Assembly: GCF_035594765.1 (NCBI RefSeq)
Contig: NC_085842.1
Coordinates: 100,354,782 to 100,418,781, forward strand
DNA: 64,000 bases
Direction of reading: 5' to 3'
DNA from: Anolis carolinensis
Taxonomy: Eukaryota
The notes under the pieces were generated by a model, which was given only the letters and a program-made list of their open reading frames with translations, made no database searches and was not told the origin of the DNA. The first letter of the stretch is position 1, and each line of letters starts with the position of its first letter. Of the stretch, positions 50,400-63,803 are shown one piece after another. The position numbers and the translations under genes were made by a program.

Positions 50400-51100
50400 A
50401 GCAGAGATTATAGTAATACTTAAACCACAATTGTGGAAAGATGGTGGAAAGAAATGAGATGATGGAAAGAAATGAGAAGCAAAGGATATGATAAAATCAA
50501 ATATATGTATGATCTGAATGGCCAGTTAATCTCTATAGATAATGTACATAATAGAGAGGATGGATGATAAGAACTGGATAAATTTATTAGGTCTATATAA
50601 CAAACTTAAGGCAAAATATAGAAAGAAGATGAATGGGAAGAAATCTTTAAAAGAATGGAAAAATAAAAAAGGGCTAACAGGAATAATATACAAATTTTTG
50701 GTAAAGGACAATGACTATATGATAAGATCAGTACAAAATAAATGGCAAAGCGAAGGACCACTTACAAAACAAATAATACAAGATATAATGAAGGGCAGGG
50801 GGAATAACATGGGAGTTTTATTTTATTTTTCTCTATTTTTGTCTGCTTAGAAATTTAGCAGTAAATGTTAATAAAAGGTTATATAAAAGTTTAAGATACA
50901 AACAAAAGAAATGAATTAACATCTAGGAATTCTTGATACAAAATATCCTAGATGTAAGTGCACCAAATGAAAGTGAGTGTAAACACTAATAATAGAATTT
51001 ACAAATGTTTATACAAAAGGTTTATGAATAACTGCACCTAACTGAAATAAGTGTAAATAATGTGATGAAAATGTATTAAGAAGCAATGATAATAAAAGAA
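50400..51100 (+). mobile_element. Possible degenerate L1-like ORF2 / 3' fragments
   Basis: Strongly A-rich + strand; peptide GLTGIIYKFL...KWQSE resembles the post-RT region of non-mammalian L1. Confidence 0.4.
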
Positions 51101-51127
51101 AAACAAATTTTAAAGGACAATCTAAGT

Positions 51128-51261
51128 CAGTAGTTCTCTAACTGTGGATCCCCAGATGTTTTGGCCTTTAACTCCCAGAATCCTAACAGTTGGTAAACTG
51201 GCTGGGATTTCTGGGAGTTGTAGGCCAAAACTCCTGGGGACCCACAGGTTGAGAACTACTG
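51128..51261. mobile_element. Palindromic hAT MITE, same family as 10937
   Basis: Same TIRs; TSD atctaagt/atataagt. Confidence 0.85.
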
Positions 51262-53823
51262 ATATAAGTGAAGACAACTTGCAATGATTTGGGATCATGG
51301 TGATCTGCTTAAAATTAAAAGCAAAGAATGATGTTTCTTTGGCTATTCAAATAATAGGACATCAGTCATTTCCAACTTTGGATTAGGGTTGGCAACCAAT
51401 GGAAGATGTAGCCTCTTCAGCAGTAATAATTAGGATATCCAGTATTGTCTTAAATTTGACAAATTGGTCACAGGCAATTTAGATACCTCTTGTCCTACAC
51501 TGATTTCAAAAGGTAATCCCAATTCTTAGTACCATCTCAGTGGATGCAGGGTATCTTAGGCTTCATCATGGTCACGTAATTTGAAGTTAGTTTATTGTGT
51601 TGTGCTAGTCTTTTTAATGGCAATTTTTCATAACTGCATACTCAGTTGAATGCATGAATGAATGTTCAATGGAATGCATAAATGAATTTGCATTCACCTA
51701 CCAAAAGCTCAACCCTGCCTTTAATAAACTAAAGTGAATGTGAGTATTGGACACGTGTGGAGATATCCATCCAACCACTTCCATGGGAGAACTTGTGCAT
51801 ATATGAGACACCAACAGCATTTAATATTTAATATTAAATTTAAGTTAAGGACCTTAGCATTTAATAGACATTGTAATCAATTTGTGTGGCACAGTGCTTT
51901 ATTATGTTAGACTGCAACAGATGATTTAGAACAAAGTCTTCACTGTTCATTCATTTTAGGAATCCAAATGTCTGTAGTCTTACTTCGGTCAGTGGCCTGG
52001 GTTTACAGAGTGACAAAATGTTGGTGGCGCAGATGTTAGCTTCTCCGCACTCCCTTTTACACATAAACCTCAATCACAAATAAATTAGTTTCCAATTCTA
52101 TCCACCCAGTTTTTCATATGCCTTTATGCAAAGGAATAATATGATTTGGGGATTATTTTACTCAAAGAAAAATCACATACAATATGAGTAAGTCCTTGAA
52201 GGCTCCCTAAAATAGTTCTTTGGTTCTGTCCAATTATATGAAAATTAAACTTCACTATCAAGTGAGTTTTTAATTAAATTCTCTTTCTCTTTGAGGTCAG
52301 GTATTGGTGAATTGTACAGATTAATTTAGTAGTCTTAGTAGTATTCTTTGTGTATTTAATTTAATTTTATTGCTTTTAGCCTTAGCAAGAAGTAAAATTA
52401 ATTAAACACCAGTTGTATATAACACACATTTGCATCAATAATATATTGTTTCGCTTATCTGTTTTTACTTCTAATAGCCTGTGACTCTTTTTCTTATTCT
52501 TGAGTTGGGTGGGATAATAGCCTTTATGTTTGTACATCCTGTTATTAAGATCCCTTGAATATTAATATGAAAGCATATAAGCAGAGGATAACAAAAATGT
52601 GATCCCAATTTGCTTATTGTAGTCATGTGAATTAATGTGTTGTATATGTTCTCTGTAATGCTTTTAGCAAGTGCTTAGTGCTATTTTTCTCTCCTTCCTG
52701 ATATTCCTAACATTCCTCTGTACAGTGATTGCAGTGGATCAGAGACAGTTTGTGAAATTTAAACCTGAGGACCTGTGTAAGTTCCATCAAGGTGGAACCC
52801 TTCCCTCTCCCCTTCTGCAAAACTCACATGGAGACCCTCCCAGCATGTTCATATTCATGGATGTCTGGGGAAGAGGCTGGAGTTGTGTCTTTATATTCAG
52901 AGGCATGGTAGCAAAGGCATCTGCTAGGATGCCATGAAGATTCTTTGGAGATCCCAAAGGATGACATAGTCTTTGTCTGCTCAGATGTAAGTATATAGGC
53001 AGTTCCTGTGACACCCTGGTCATTATATCCCATGTTGGGGTGGGGGGGGGCAGGAAAAAGGTGGCTCATTAGGGTGATCATAGCCCAAGTGAATTCCTCT
53101 CTCCACAATAATCATAAAAGGAAACACATTGACATTATGCCTGAGTATGTCACTAATAGGATGCCAACCCAAAACATTTTTAAAGTTGCATTTTAAAGAG
53201 TCAATTTGGAGAAGTGGGGCTAAAAAGCAATGTTCAAGACAGTCATTATTTATGAGCTATTAAGGTTTCAAGTTATGCCTTTGCCCACAGAATTTCAACA
53301 GCAGCTTATCTTGACCTCTTCTCCTTAGCCAGATTTTTTATTTCAAGACTTAGGATTCTTCGATATCCTTTATTTGTTTACTGAATTTTACCCCGATCTA
53401 TCTCAACCCCAAAGGGGACTCAGAGTGGCTTCCAAATTGGCAGCATTCATGTTTTTGGTATGTCTTTTGTCTTATTGCCATGAAAGTTTTTGTAACTGAA
53501 TCTATCTCATGGTCATAAGCATTAAATCTTATATGGTGTAAATATCTTTTTTTAATTTTAAAATAATTTTGTGAAAGCAAGCCAACGTTACAATATGTGG
53601 AACTTTTGACTGTGGTGCCTTGGATATGCAGTCTCCCCCCCCCCCCCCACCACCCCCCGACCTTTCTGGCCCAATTGGCATTGACAGTTTATCCCATTTA
53701 CTTGCCAAGACATTCAAGCTTTTGTGACCTCTGATTGTAGCTCAATGTTTTCCAAAATTGTTTGGGCTTCTAATATAGGTTATCCAGAATTCTAAAATCC
53801 AAAATACTGCAAAATTCAAAATT

Positions 53824-54037
53824 GTTGTGTGTTTTCTGGGCTGTATGGCCATGTTCCAAAAGTATTCTCTCCTGACATTTCACTCACATCTATGGCAGGA
53901 TTATACCTCACAACCTCTGAGGATGCCTGTCATAGATATGGATGAAACATCAGGAGAGATTTCTTCTGGAACATGGCCATACAGCCCGGAAAACATACAA
54001 CAACCCTGTGATTCCAGCCATGAAAGCCTTCGACAAC
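53824..54037 (+). mobile_element. Truncated Penelope-like insertion with a fold-back (inverted) terminus
   Basis: ~76-bp inverted arms at 53824-53899 and 53926-54001; TSD aaattcaaaatt/aaattcagaatt. Confidence 0.8.
53912..53955 (+). ncRNA. Decayed minimal type-I hammerhead ribozyme motif (Penelope-associated)
   Basis: cct-CTGAGGA-stem II-GAAAC-ATC-agg; stem I cct/agg. Confidence 0.6.
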
Positions 54038-54587
54038 AAATTCAGAATTACCCAATATAGCGACATCTTAACTTTCTGATAGTTCAATGCACACAAAACT
54101 TTGTTCCATGCACTAAAGTATTTTAAAATATGATATAAAATTACCTTTGCACTATGTGTATATATGAAACATAAATGAATTGAATGTTTAGTCTTACGTC
54201 TCATCTCCAAGATAAATGTACATGAGTACAAATACAGGTACTCCAAAATCTGAAGAAAAAAATCCAAAATTGCAAACATTTCTGGTCGCAAGCATTTTGG
54301 ATAAGGGATACTCAACTTCTATTGAATTTATGCTGATATGATTTTATGTAGAATTGTTTCATTCTGTCCAGAGATCTATTTTTTATAAGAAAAGTTAGAA
54401 ATATTCATGAAATGAATGTTAGATCCAAAGAAGAAATTAAAGATGGATATTTTCTTTTTGGACAATATTTACAGATGTGGATCAACACAAGTACCTCAAT
54501 GCTTCCTCAGCCACTGGGCTGCTATAACATACCTCTATGAAGTACAATGTGACAGATAAGTACTTCTCTACTTTCCATTTCTTACAG

Positions 54588-54787
54588 AAACTGATCTAAG
54601 CAATTTAGACAGCATGGTGAACGTATTGAAAGATGAGATCGATACTTCACGAAGGAGAAGGAGATACCCAAGGCATGCAGCTGATGATGATTACAACATT
54701 GAAGTGCTCTTAGGCGTTGATGACTCAGTTGTACAATTCCATGGGAAAGAACACGTTCAGAAATATCTTCTGACCCTCATGAATATT
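54588..54787 (+). CDS. ADAMTS2: ADAMTS2 internal coding exon (prodomain end, furin site, start of metalloprotease domain)
   Basis: Acceptor ctttccatttcttacag|54588 and donor 54787|gtgagt. Translates ...[57 protein letters not shown] and QKY match ADAMTS2 rather than ADAMTS3 (HAGENDY, VRFH, QNY). Confidence 0.95.
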
Positions 54788-55044
54788 GTGAGTAATTCAT
54801 TTGTATTTAGGATCAATGTTGACTGCTTAAACTTCACAAGTCTTTCAGGTCTTAAAAATTGTGTAAGAATGCAAAGTACCGCTACCATGAAATACAAAGT
54901 CTACTAACCTAAAGACTGTACTTCTGCAATGGGCTGTACTTTGGGCTATCTCTGTATCAAATTCTGAAACTTCAGTTAGTTCAAAAAATGACCTCCAGAT
55001 TGCTTCCTAGTGAATGTAACCAGGTTATACTAATTCTAACATCA

Positions 55045-55460
55045 CCCCACTGGCTCCAAATTGGTTTCCCCACAAAGTACAAATTGTTGCCCATACCTTT
55101 AAAGCCCTACATGGTTTGTGTCCAGGTTACTTACAGGATTGTCTTCTTCCATGTAATCTGCCCTGTACACTCAAGTCTTCTAGGAAACATCTTCTTCAGT
55201 CAAACAAGACTAGGCTGTTACCCAAAGGACATTTTCCTCAGCCACCCTCATATTCTGGAATGACATTGTCTAAGTTTAAATCAGCAGTAAAGACTAATCT
55301 CTTTTGGCTCATCTATCCAGATGATTTATAAATTATGTTTTAAAAAGTATTTATTGATGCATTTTACATGTATTGGTTTCATATGCTCTATTAACTAATG
55401 TTTTGTGATGTGTTGTTGTTGTTCCTTACCAATATACATGGAGAGGTGGGTTAGAAATAG
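55045..55460 (+). mobile_element. Old L2-like 3' fragment, followed by (GAT)n
   Basis: HWL..I..K...L..KAL.GL.P.YL-like remnants (cactggctc...aaagccctacatggtttg...ggttacttacagga). Confidence 0.55.
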
Positions 55461-58400
55461 ATGATGATGATGATGATGATGATGATCCTCCTCCCTACTG
55501 CTGCTACTGTGACTAAAGGCCCATCTATATGGGCAACATACTCCAAAGTAGGCGCCAAAGAAGTTGTTCCTAGGTGTACAGGTGATGTCCAGGGACTTCT
55601 GGCCCCTAACATGGGTTAAAAACATTTACAGGGGGAAAAGATGGCACCTATCCTTTTTAACACTTTGTTGTTGTTTGTTGTGACATGGAGTTTCAGACAG
55701 CTCCTGCCTGTTGCTGGATGTCTTTGCCAATATCAACAAAGGTGCCCCACCTGACTGAAGTGAAGATTGAATGGGAGGGAGGTATAAGGCTGGTGAAGGG
55801 AGTCTGGAAACAGGGCACTGCAGAAAAGGAGGGAGAGGAGGGGGAATATCCTGCAGAGATTTGTGCAGCAGAGTCATCCTAGGAGGCTGACAGCAGAAGA
55901 CTTGCAGATCAGTGGCTGAGGTAGCTTCCAAACTTGCGAATAATTAAATCCACATAAGAAAAAATCTGTGAAAGGTGAGAGTCAACTGTATTAATATTTA
56001 TCTGGATGCTTTTCTATTCAACTGTAAAATAAAAAAGCACTTTTGAGAAACGTGTATTAATGCTTCCTTCTCTTCTGTGAATACAAGAGGGTGGTGACAA
56101 ACAGTGATGACAATACCTCTCCTACTTGTCAACATCTAATTGCACCCAAACATCGGAATGTAAACAAAGTAGAGATTAATTCAAAGAAGTAGTTGTCATT
56201 TAGTTTTTCAGACATCTGCTCTATCATACATATCAGTTTTTTGTTTTAGTCATCTCTTTCTGACTTTCATGATTAGCTTCAGTTGATTTCGATGGATCTG
56301 GTAGATCTCTAGGTTAGGAATAGAGAATATTTGTAAGTTTTATCACCTTCAGTATGAATGCATTGAAAAAGGCAACTGTCATGAAATGTTTTTTATCTTT
56401 GAATGAAAGCAAGAAGGCCAGCAATGTTCCATTTTTGCTTATTTATAGTATTGTTATTTTATGCAAAACATGTCTTTGCAAAACTTTTTTTTGAAGTCAT
56501 GACATACCAAAAAAACTTTTGAAATACCACCTCTAAAGAGCAAAGTGTTTCATTTTTAATTATCATACACAAGAATAAAATAAGGAAGTTTTACCCGCCC
56601 CATGGAGTTTTTAAGTCAGGATCCAACCTACTTTTTAACCAACTCCAATAACAAAACCACTCACTTTGCTACTGAAATTTTTTAAAAAACTGTTCCTGTC
56701 TCCAACTGGCATGTGCCACTACCATCACTCATTCCATCAAAGCTCCCATTGCAGTGTTCAGTTCCCTACTATTATGACTATAATAAGCCAATCACTCTAT
56801 ACATATGAAAAATGTTCCTTCTCTTTTTATATCCAGGAATATGGCTTGTGGTGTATACTTTCTGATATATTCCAGACTCATATAGAGGCAACCAATCTAA
56901 TCTAATTACAATATATAATTGTGAATAATTTGGCCTCATATATAAGTTGAGGACAGGTTTTTGGACCAAAATTATGGATTTTGATATGATCCATTGATAA
57001 ATCCAGGAAAGTGCCATTGTTGTCAAAGGTGGCCAGCCACTCTTGGCTACCCATGCCACCATTTTCCCACCTAGGTATTCAAAAAGGCCAGAAATGATGC
57101 TGTGGCGAAGAAAGGAGGTTGGTGTTTTATTCCTTAGGTTCTCCTGGGACAGAGTAAGCTCTTGCCTTTCCCCAGTCTATTCAGAGGAGGGGATGGTTCC
57201 TTTTTTTTGATAAGAGTTAAAGTACAGTACTTACACTGAGCCTCAGATAAGACAACCCAGAATTTTTCCTTCAATTTTTGACTTAAAAATCTAGACTTAT
57301 ATTTATTGATTATTATTTATGTTATTCATTTTACTCCATTTTTATCCCATGAGTATAAATATAACGTCTGGGCACTTTGTAATTTTTATGTTTACATTTG
57401 ACTATATTTGGAAATTATCATTCAAAATATCCCATTCCATTGTGAAACTGAAGGTTTATTCCTATTAACCTTGCTTCAGTGTTTCTTGAAAAATATATCA
57501 AAAGTACTTAAAAAAATAAGCCAAGGTGCAGGTAAATGATTTCAAAAAACCCTTTTAGTAGATGAGGCATGCAGATGGAACAGTTGTTTGCCTATATCAA
57601 GTTAAAAGAAACTCCATAGTCATGACCTAATGGTCATGTAACAGACACAGAATCAATTCTGAAAAAGGATATATTTCATATTGCTTAAATCTTTTTTTAG
57701 AAACTGAATAAATTGTAAGGGGTACAACCCTCTGTATACCTGGCAGATACATTCCAAAATTACCATGGAAACTGCAAACCATGGATAATAGTGAACATCT
57801 GCCAAAAGTTACCAAAGAATCACCCTTGCGGACCTGGAAAGTTCCTAGAGATATCTCTATAGAAATCTATTAGGTCCTTCCAGTGGAAGCATAACACAAA
57901 ATCACCTGGAGCACCTAGAAAATGTCTAGAGACAACATATTTTATCAGATGCAGGTAGTGAAATTGTGGGTACTGATCTCATGGGTATGGAATGGTACTG
58001 CAGATTTATTTAATTTAATGAACTGTTCAGTATACATATTTGCTATTTGTTTGACTGTCTGATTAAAATTCTGTGATTTTTAGGATATAAATCTTTAAAA
58101 AACACAGCTTGACCTTTCACATCAAACTGAATGAACGTCTTTTACCAGGCCCAGCAAAACAAAGTCATAGTCCAGACTGACTACATGGCTCACTGTGTAT
58201 TGAGTACATCTATTTTGTATTGACGGTCTAATCAATATCCCTGCTAGTGTGTGAATGTGAAAAAAGAGCAAGAGAGTCTCTGTGTGAGAGAGCTTGAGGT
58301 TGATGTGGCCAAATGACTTCCATGGGCAATCTGGTTTTCATCCATTAATTTAGAAATGGGATCACAATCCCAAAGGTAATTGTGAGTCAAGATATGCTGG

Positions 58401-58857
58401 ATTTTTTTCACATGTTGCAATGGAACAGTTTCAAAATGACTAATCAACCAGAGACTCAGCAAACAATATCTTGGACTTTTTTTCCACCACCAGATTTTTT
58501 GCTTTCATTACCAAGTCTGAGCCATTCCATAGAGTCCTTTCTCAACCACTCTGCTGTATTGTCTTGATATTCAAGCAGATATTTGGGGTTCTGTCCAGAT
58601 TATTTAGCTTAATTATGTTGGGATCTCTTAAAAGCCTCATCATTATGACAGGCCGAGGGTGGGTGGGTCACTCCAACATCAGATCCAAGTGCAGTATTTT
58701 ACTTTCATGCGTAGTAATGAATAATGCAATAGAACCATTATTTTGGAGCAAATCTAGGGTGGTACAAGCTCTGTTCTTTGTCACTCAGAACCAAACTCTC
58801 TCTGTTGCATATGTGATTTGTTTAAGAGCTCCTTATGATAGACACAGATCTAGTCAG

Positions 58858-59137
58858 CAGGGCCATAGCCAGAAATTTTTTTTGGAGAGGGTTTTGAAAA
58901 TTGGGGGGGGGGGGGGGGTTGAACCCCTAACCCCCCCCCCCCCCACCTGCTACAGACCTGTCATTATCTGCTTGAGATAGTGCCTGGAGTGACTCTTAAT
59001 TTTTTGCGTCTCATAGACTTAGCATGGGGATTTGGTTAACCATTTAAAATTCATGAGTAAACCATTTTTTTTATCTGAAAAATTTTGGGGGTGGTTTGAA
59101 CCCTAACCCCCCCCCCCTTTTGCTGGCTACAGGCCTG
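58858..59137. mobile_element. hAT MITE related to 61314-62438
   Basis: TIR cagggccatagccag / ctggctacaggcctg; TSD ctagtcag/ctagtcac. Confidence 0.8.
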
Positions 59138-59633
59138 CTAGTCACCAACAACTGTGTGCAGTTCTCTTAATCTTCATCTGAGTTATCCAATTGCAGCCAA
59201 ATCTTTTGCTGTGCTCATATTCACCTTACTCTATTCCACTGTGCCCTCGCTTTTTCTACATCTTTTTTTGGGTGTAGGGTACACACAAAATTATTTAGTG
59301 TATTTGGTTTCCATCCTGTCTTTCCACAAAGAAGCTCAGGTTGTACACAAGACTCTTCACACTTATTTTTACAACAAACCTATGAGCTAAGACAGAATGT
59401 TTCTGGCCAAGTTCACATATTTATGGAAAAATGAGGACATGAAGTTAGGTTTCCCAGCCTGAATCCAGTACTAACTACTAACTACTACATCAGTCTTCTA
59501 CTCTATACTCTATAGTGTGGCGTATAGCTAATTTTATCTTTTGCTATTTTTGTGTCAAATGTTACTGCACAGATTATTAAGTATTTATTGATTTGATCCT
59601 CACAAAGAATCTCAATTATGCCATGCTGTAAAC

Positions 59634-59898
59634 CAGGGGTCCCCAAACTAAGGCCCGGGGGCCGGATGCGGCCCACCGAAGCCATTTATCCGGCCCCCAT
59701 GGCACAAGGGCAGAAGGGGGTTTGACTAAATGACCCAAGGGTTCTCTTCTTCTCTTACAACCATTATTATTATTATTATTATTATTATTAACATTAAGAC
59801 TGGGTGGCCATTTGTCAGGGGTGCTTTGCTTGTGCTTTTGGTCCGCAGAGGCAGAAGGGGGTTGGACAAAATGGCCCAAGGGGTCTCTTCCAACCCTC

Positions 59899-59937
<39 letters not shown>

Positions 59938-60066
59938 TATTAACATTGAGGCTGAGTGGCCATCTGTCAGGGGTGCTTTGCTTGTGCTTTCGGTGCACAA
60001 AGGCAGAAAGGGATTGGACTCAATGGCCCAAAGGGTCTCTTCCAACCCTTTTTTTATTATTATTGC

Positions 60067-60112
<46 letters not shown>

Positions 60113-60197
60113 GCTCGGTGGTCAACTATAGTCCGGCCCTCCAATGGTCCGAAGGATTGTGAACTGGCCCCCTGTTTAAAAAGTTTGGGGACCCCTG
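59634..60197. mobile_element. hAT (MER1/Charlie-like) non-autonomous element with internal tandem repeats
   Basis: TIR caggggtccccaaact / agtttggggacccctg; perfect 8-bp TSD ctgtaaac at 59626-59633 and 60198-60205. Confidence 0.92.
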
Positions 60198-61037
60198 CTG
60201 TAAACAGATAACATGACTGTGGTATGAATAGAAGACCTCTGAAAATTGTGTTTATACATTTAGTTCATGTTTTTAAGAACAATGTTGTACTTAGCTTGTA
60301 GGCAAAAGTTGAGAAGGCCAAACAACTTGAGAGAGGAACTTGACAAAAGTTCATGGTCATGAAGCCAGAACAAAGTCTGCGACCTTTCTAAAACCAATGT
60401 TACTGTCAAAGAGGAGACAAAAACTCATACAATCCTAAACTAGCTTTGCCAATAGCACATCTGTTTTGTAGATTTTATTTTTAAAAACTTTGTTCAAAGG
60501 CAGATGAGCCTTAGAGCATTTATTGTGTCATCATACAATAGAAAAGAACACCTTCTTCTAGCATTTTGTTACCAGATTTGGTTATACACTGCTGGTTATT
60601 TCTGTTGTATTGTCCACAATCACTATGTAGTTCCAGGTTCTTTTTGTCTTTTGCCCTTCAAAGGACAGCCAGTGCAGGACTTGGAGGCACTGTTTTACAA
60701 TTAATGAGAAACAGCTGTCCCATACTGGAGACCTTTGGTAATTTACCTTTTAGTAGATCTTCCATTATTCTTCATTCCATATGGCTAGTGGCCAAGCAGG
60801 CTGGGGCATTCTGAAAGTGACAGTTCAAATAAGTAATTTTTCTCTGTGTGGACTAGGTCAGGGTATTGGCCCATCCTATCTCATGCTGACTACTTTGATT
60901 GGGGGTGGCTTTCTATTCCCTTGGGCCTTGTCATATTACACAAGTATATAATGCTACATTTCACTTCAACAGCCATGGCAATATCCCATGGCATCTTGAA
61001 GTTTGTAGTTTGTGAGGCACTGGGGCTCCCTGTTTGA

Positions 61038-61185
61038 GCCTCCTTCTATACTGCCATATACAATTCAGATTATCTGCTTTGAACTGGATTATATGGCAGT
61101 GTAGATTCATATAATCCAGTTCAAAGTAAATAATGTGGATTATCTGATTTGATAATCTGGATTATATGGCAGTGTAGAAGGACCC
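61038..61185. mobile_element. Harbinger-type MITE monomer
   Basis: Palindromic ends; 3-bp TSD TGA. Confidence 0.8.
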
Positions 61186-61313
61186 TGAGAGTTCTAAATT
61201 GTAAATTCCAGGAATTTGTGGGATGTTGCCATAGCATTTAAAGTGGAATAGAGATGTCTAGCTTTTTATACCTGTTGTCTGCCCCACAACTTGGAGTGTA
61301 ATAAACTCATAGG

Positions 61314-62438
61314 CAAACCTGTAGCTGGTTAATTTTTTTAAATGAAAACCCCATGCTAAGTCTATGAGAAACAACAATCAGAGTTCTTCCAAAACTGCGA
61401 GCACTATCTCAACCACATTTTGATAATTTATTAACGTTGTCATTACCTATCTATCTGTCAATTTACATTGCAATAGCAGCAGTAGCCAACAGAGTGGACA
61501 TGACCAAGTTTTGATGTTGTGGATTTTTAATCAACATTTTAGACATGAAGATGGCATAGTCCACCAAATCGGACTCCCCAGGTTAAACTCCATAAGAAAA
61601 ACCTAAGTTTAAATACAATTTATGATGTTTCCAGGTACATAACAACTATGATAATTTGTGCTTCGCATCTGCTCAAGGCCGACTTATAAAAGCAACATCC
61701 AGTCAAGTTCACCAACACCAATGGAATATTATAGGCTAAATGTGTATACCCTATTTCTGGACTTTTTCTGCAGTCAACTTCAAGAAAGGTGTACAAGGCA
61801 CAGGGAAGTAGTTCAGGTACTGCAAGTGTTCCTCCCTAGGAATTGTTGCCACTTAAAAACCAACTTGAACAAGTGCACATAACTTTAAAATGAATGTCTT
61901 CAGGATACTGACACACTGATGGAAGTGTTTGACCTTTGGTGTAGAAAATGGAAAAAGATGACCTCTGTAGTAAAACCATCAAATACACGGGAAGCATATC
62001 TAGTCTGTGAGACAGTTTTTTTTCCCCCGAATGTGAAGAAATTTCTTCAAATTTCTGCAACATTACTAGTGTCTCCCTTCCAACTTGCTTGGAGTCCTGC
62101 CTTCTCAAGTTCTGTTTCTCTGTTCCACCCTCTCTTCCACACACACTGCTGACTATTAACTTTTTCTTTCATCCTATGCAATTCTACTCTCAACCAGCTT
62201 CCCCGCTTTTGCTTTACCTCCACCTCCCTGGTGGTTCTCTTTGCGAGAGCAATGATATTAGAGGGTTTAAGTATCTTGAAGGCAGCAGATCCTATTTGAT
62301 CTTAGAATTTAAGCAGGGTCAGGTCTAGTTAGTAGCAGGATAGGAGAAATTATTGTGATATGGACGTACTCTTCATGATTCACTAAATAAATTGTTTCAC
62401 ACTGCCCACAAATGATTTTTTTTCTGGCTACAGGCCTG
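61314..62438 (+). mobile_element. hAT (Tip100/Zaphod-like) deletion derivative with transposase remnants
   Basis: TSD ctcatagg/ttcatagg; right TIR ctggctacaggcctg; peptides SPTPMEYYRLNVYTLFLDFFCSQLQER and FPPNVKKFLQISATLLVS (hAT C-terminal dimerisation region). Confidence 0.75.
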
Positions 62439-63623
62439 TTCATAGGCCACAGTATCCAGGAGTCATCTGTATGTTGAAGCAAATACTGCTAGTTGGAAGA
62501 GGAACAGTGGTTTATTCTTTCTAATTCAACAGCTGTACAATGTCATGATCACATTTATAAGCTATCTGGAAAGTTTTTGTCCACCTCTGCCCACTCCTTC
62601 TCAGCTAAACAGCTAACTGGCTCAATAGCTGATTTTCTAAAAGGAATTACATGCACACGGTCTTGGCCACTGTTTGCACAGAGAGATCAGGGACATATTA
62701 TTCCAGGTACTTCAAGGCTAGTCCAAAGAGTCCATCCAATGTTTTCAACTTAGCCTTATAAAATGACTTGACACAGTTTACTTGTCTAATGCCTATTCAA
62801 GCTCTGTTGGTAGTTTTTTTTTCCATTTTATTCTCCTTTGACTTCACTGATTACACTCTTCTCCCTACTGCACACACCACACCCAGTGTGGCTGCAGCTG
62901 AGGATATCCCTTCGTGTATCCAGTGAAGCAGGCTCTCCTCCACAAAAGCTTCTGCCTTAACAAATGTATACATTATTAAGGTCCCACCAGACTGTGTTGG
63001 TGTTTCTACTGCAGGAGATACAAATGCTACCCTCATCTCTGGAAATCATTGTTCTTTTTTATTATGTTGTACATAAATGACCATCTCTATCTTCATTTTT
63101 ATACCTTTATTCTATGTTTGTGTGTTGGTAAAACTGTATTTTAATCCTTCTGTTTCATCAACAGTCTCAAAAGCATTGAAAGCCTAAGAGTTCTGCAGAG
63201 ACTCAGACAGTTCTGATTCACATGCATTATTATATTTATGTTCCATCTTGGTCCCATCCCTGCATTGCATTCTCATGTTCAGATCACTACCTAATGGGAT
63301 TTAGACTTTCTGTGATTCGAAAACTCTTCAGGGATGGGAGACTAATTAAGTTGACCCACCTCAGGAAGCTGATTGATCAGATGGCTTCCTAATGTCTCTC
63401 TTGGGGATTTCCTGTTATCTTGGAAGCCGATTCTGTGGTAGACGATTCTGTGAAAGTTCCCAGAGAGGCATGCATTTTACAGTCACCACATGAGTATACT
63501 GTTGTTACAGAAGGTTTTTGAAAATTAATTTGTCAGATCTTTGCTGTTAGGCTTTAACACAACTATTCTTATGTGCTCTGTATGTATTCCTACTTAATAT
63601 ATATATTTAATGTTTTCTTCTAG

Positions 63624-63803
<180 letters not shown>

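Larger units (their letters stand above)
53777..54320. mobile_element. Tigger-like (MER46-like) DNA element interrupted by Penelope
   Basis: Right end ttttggataagggatactcaact resembles a caggttgagtatccc-type TIR. Confidence 0.55.

Noticed and set aside
54614-54907. 97-aa ORF as a stand-alone gene
   Set aside because: It is the ADAMTS2 exon reading on into the intron past the gtgagt donor.
59616-60211. Poly-I/Y/L/N ORFs (also 1223-1462)
   Set aside because: Translations of (TTA)n microsatellites.
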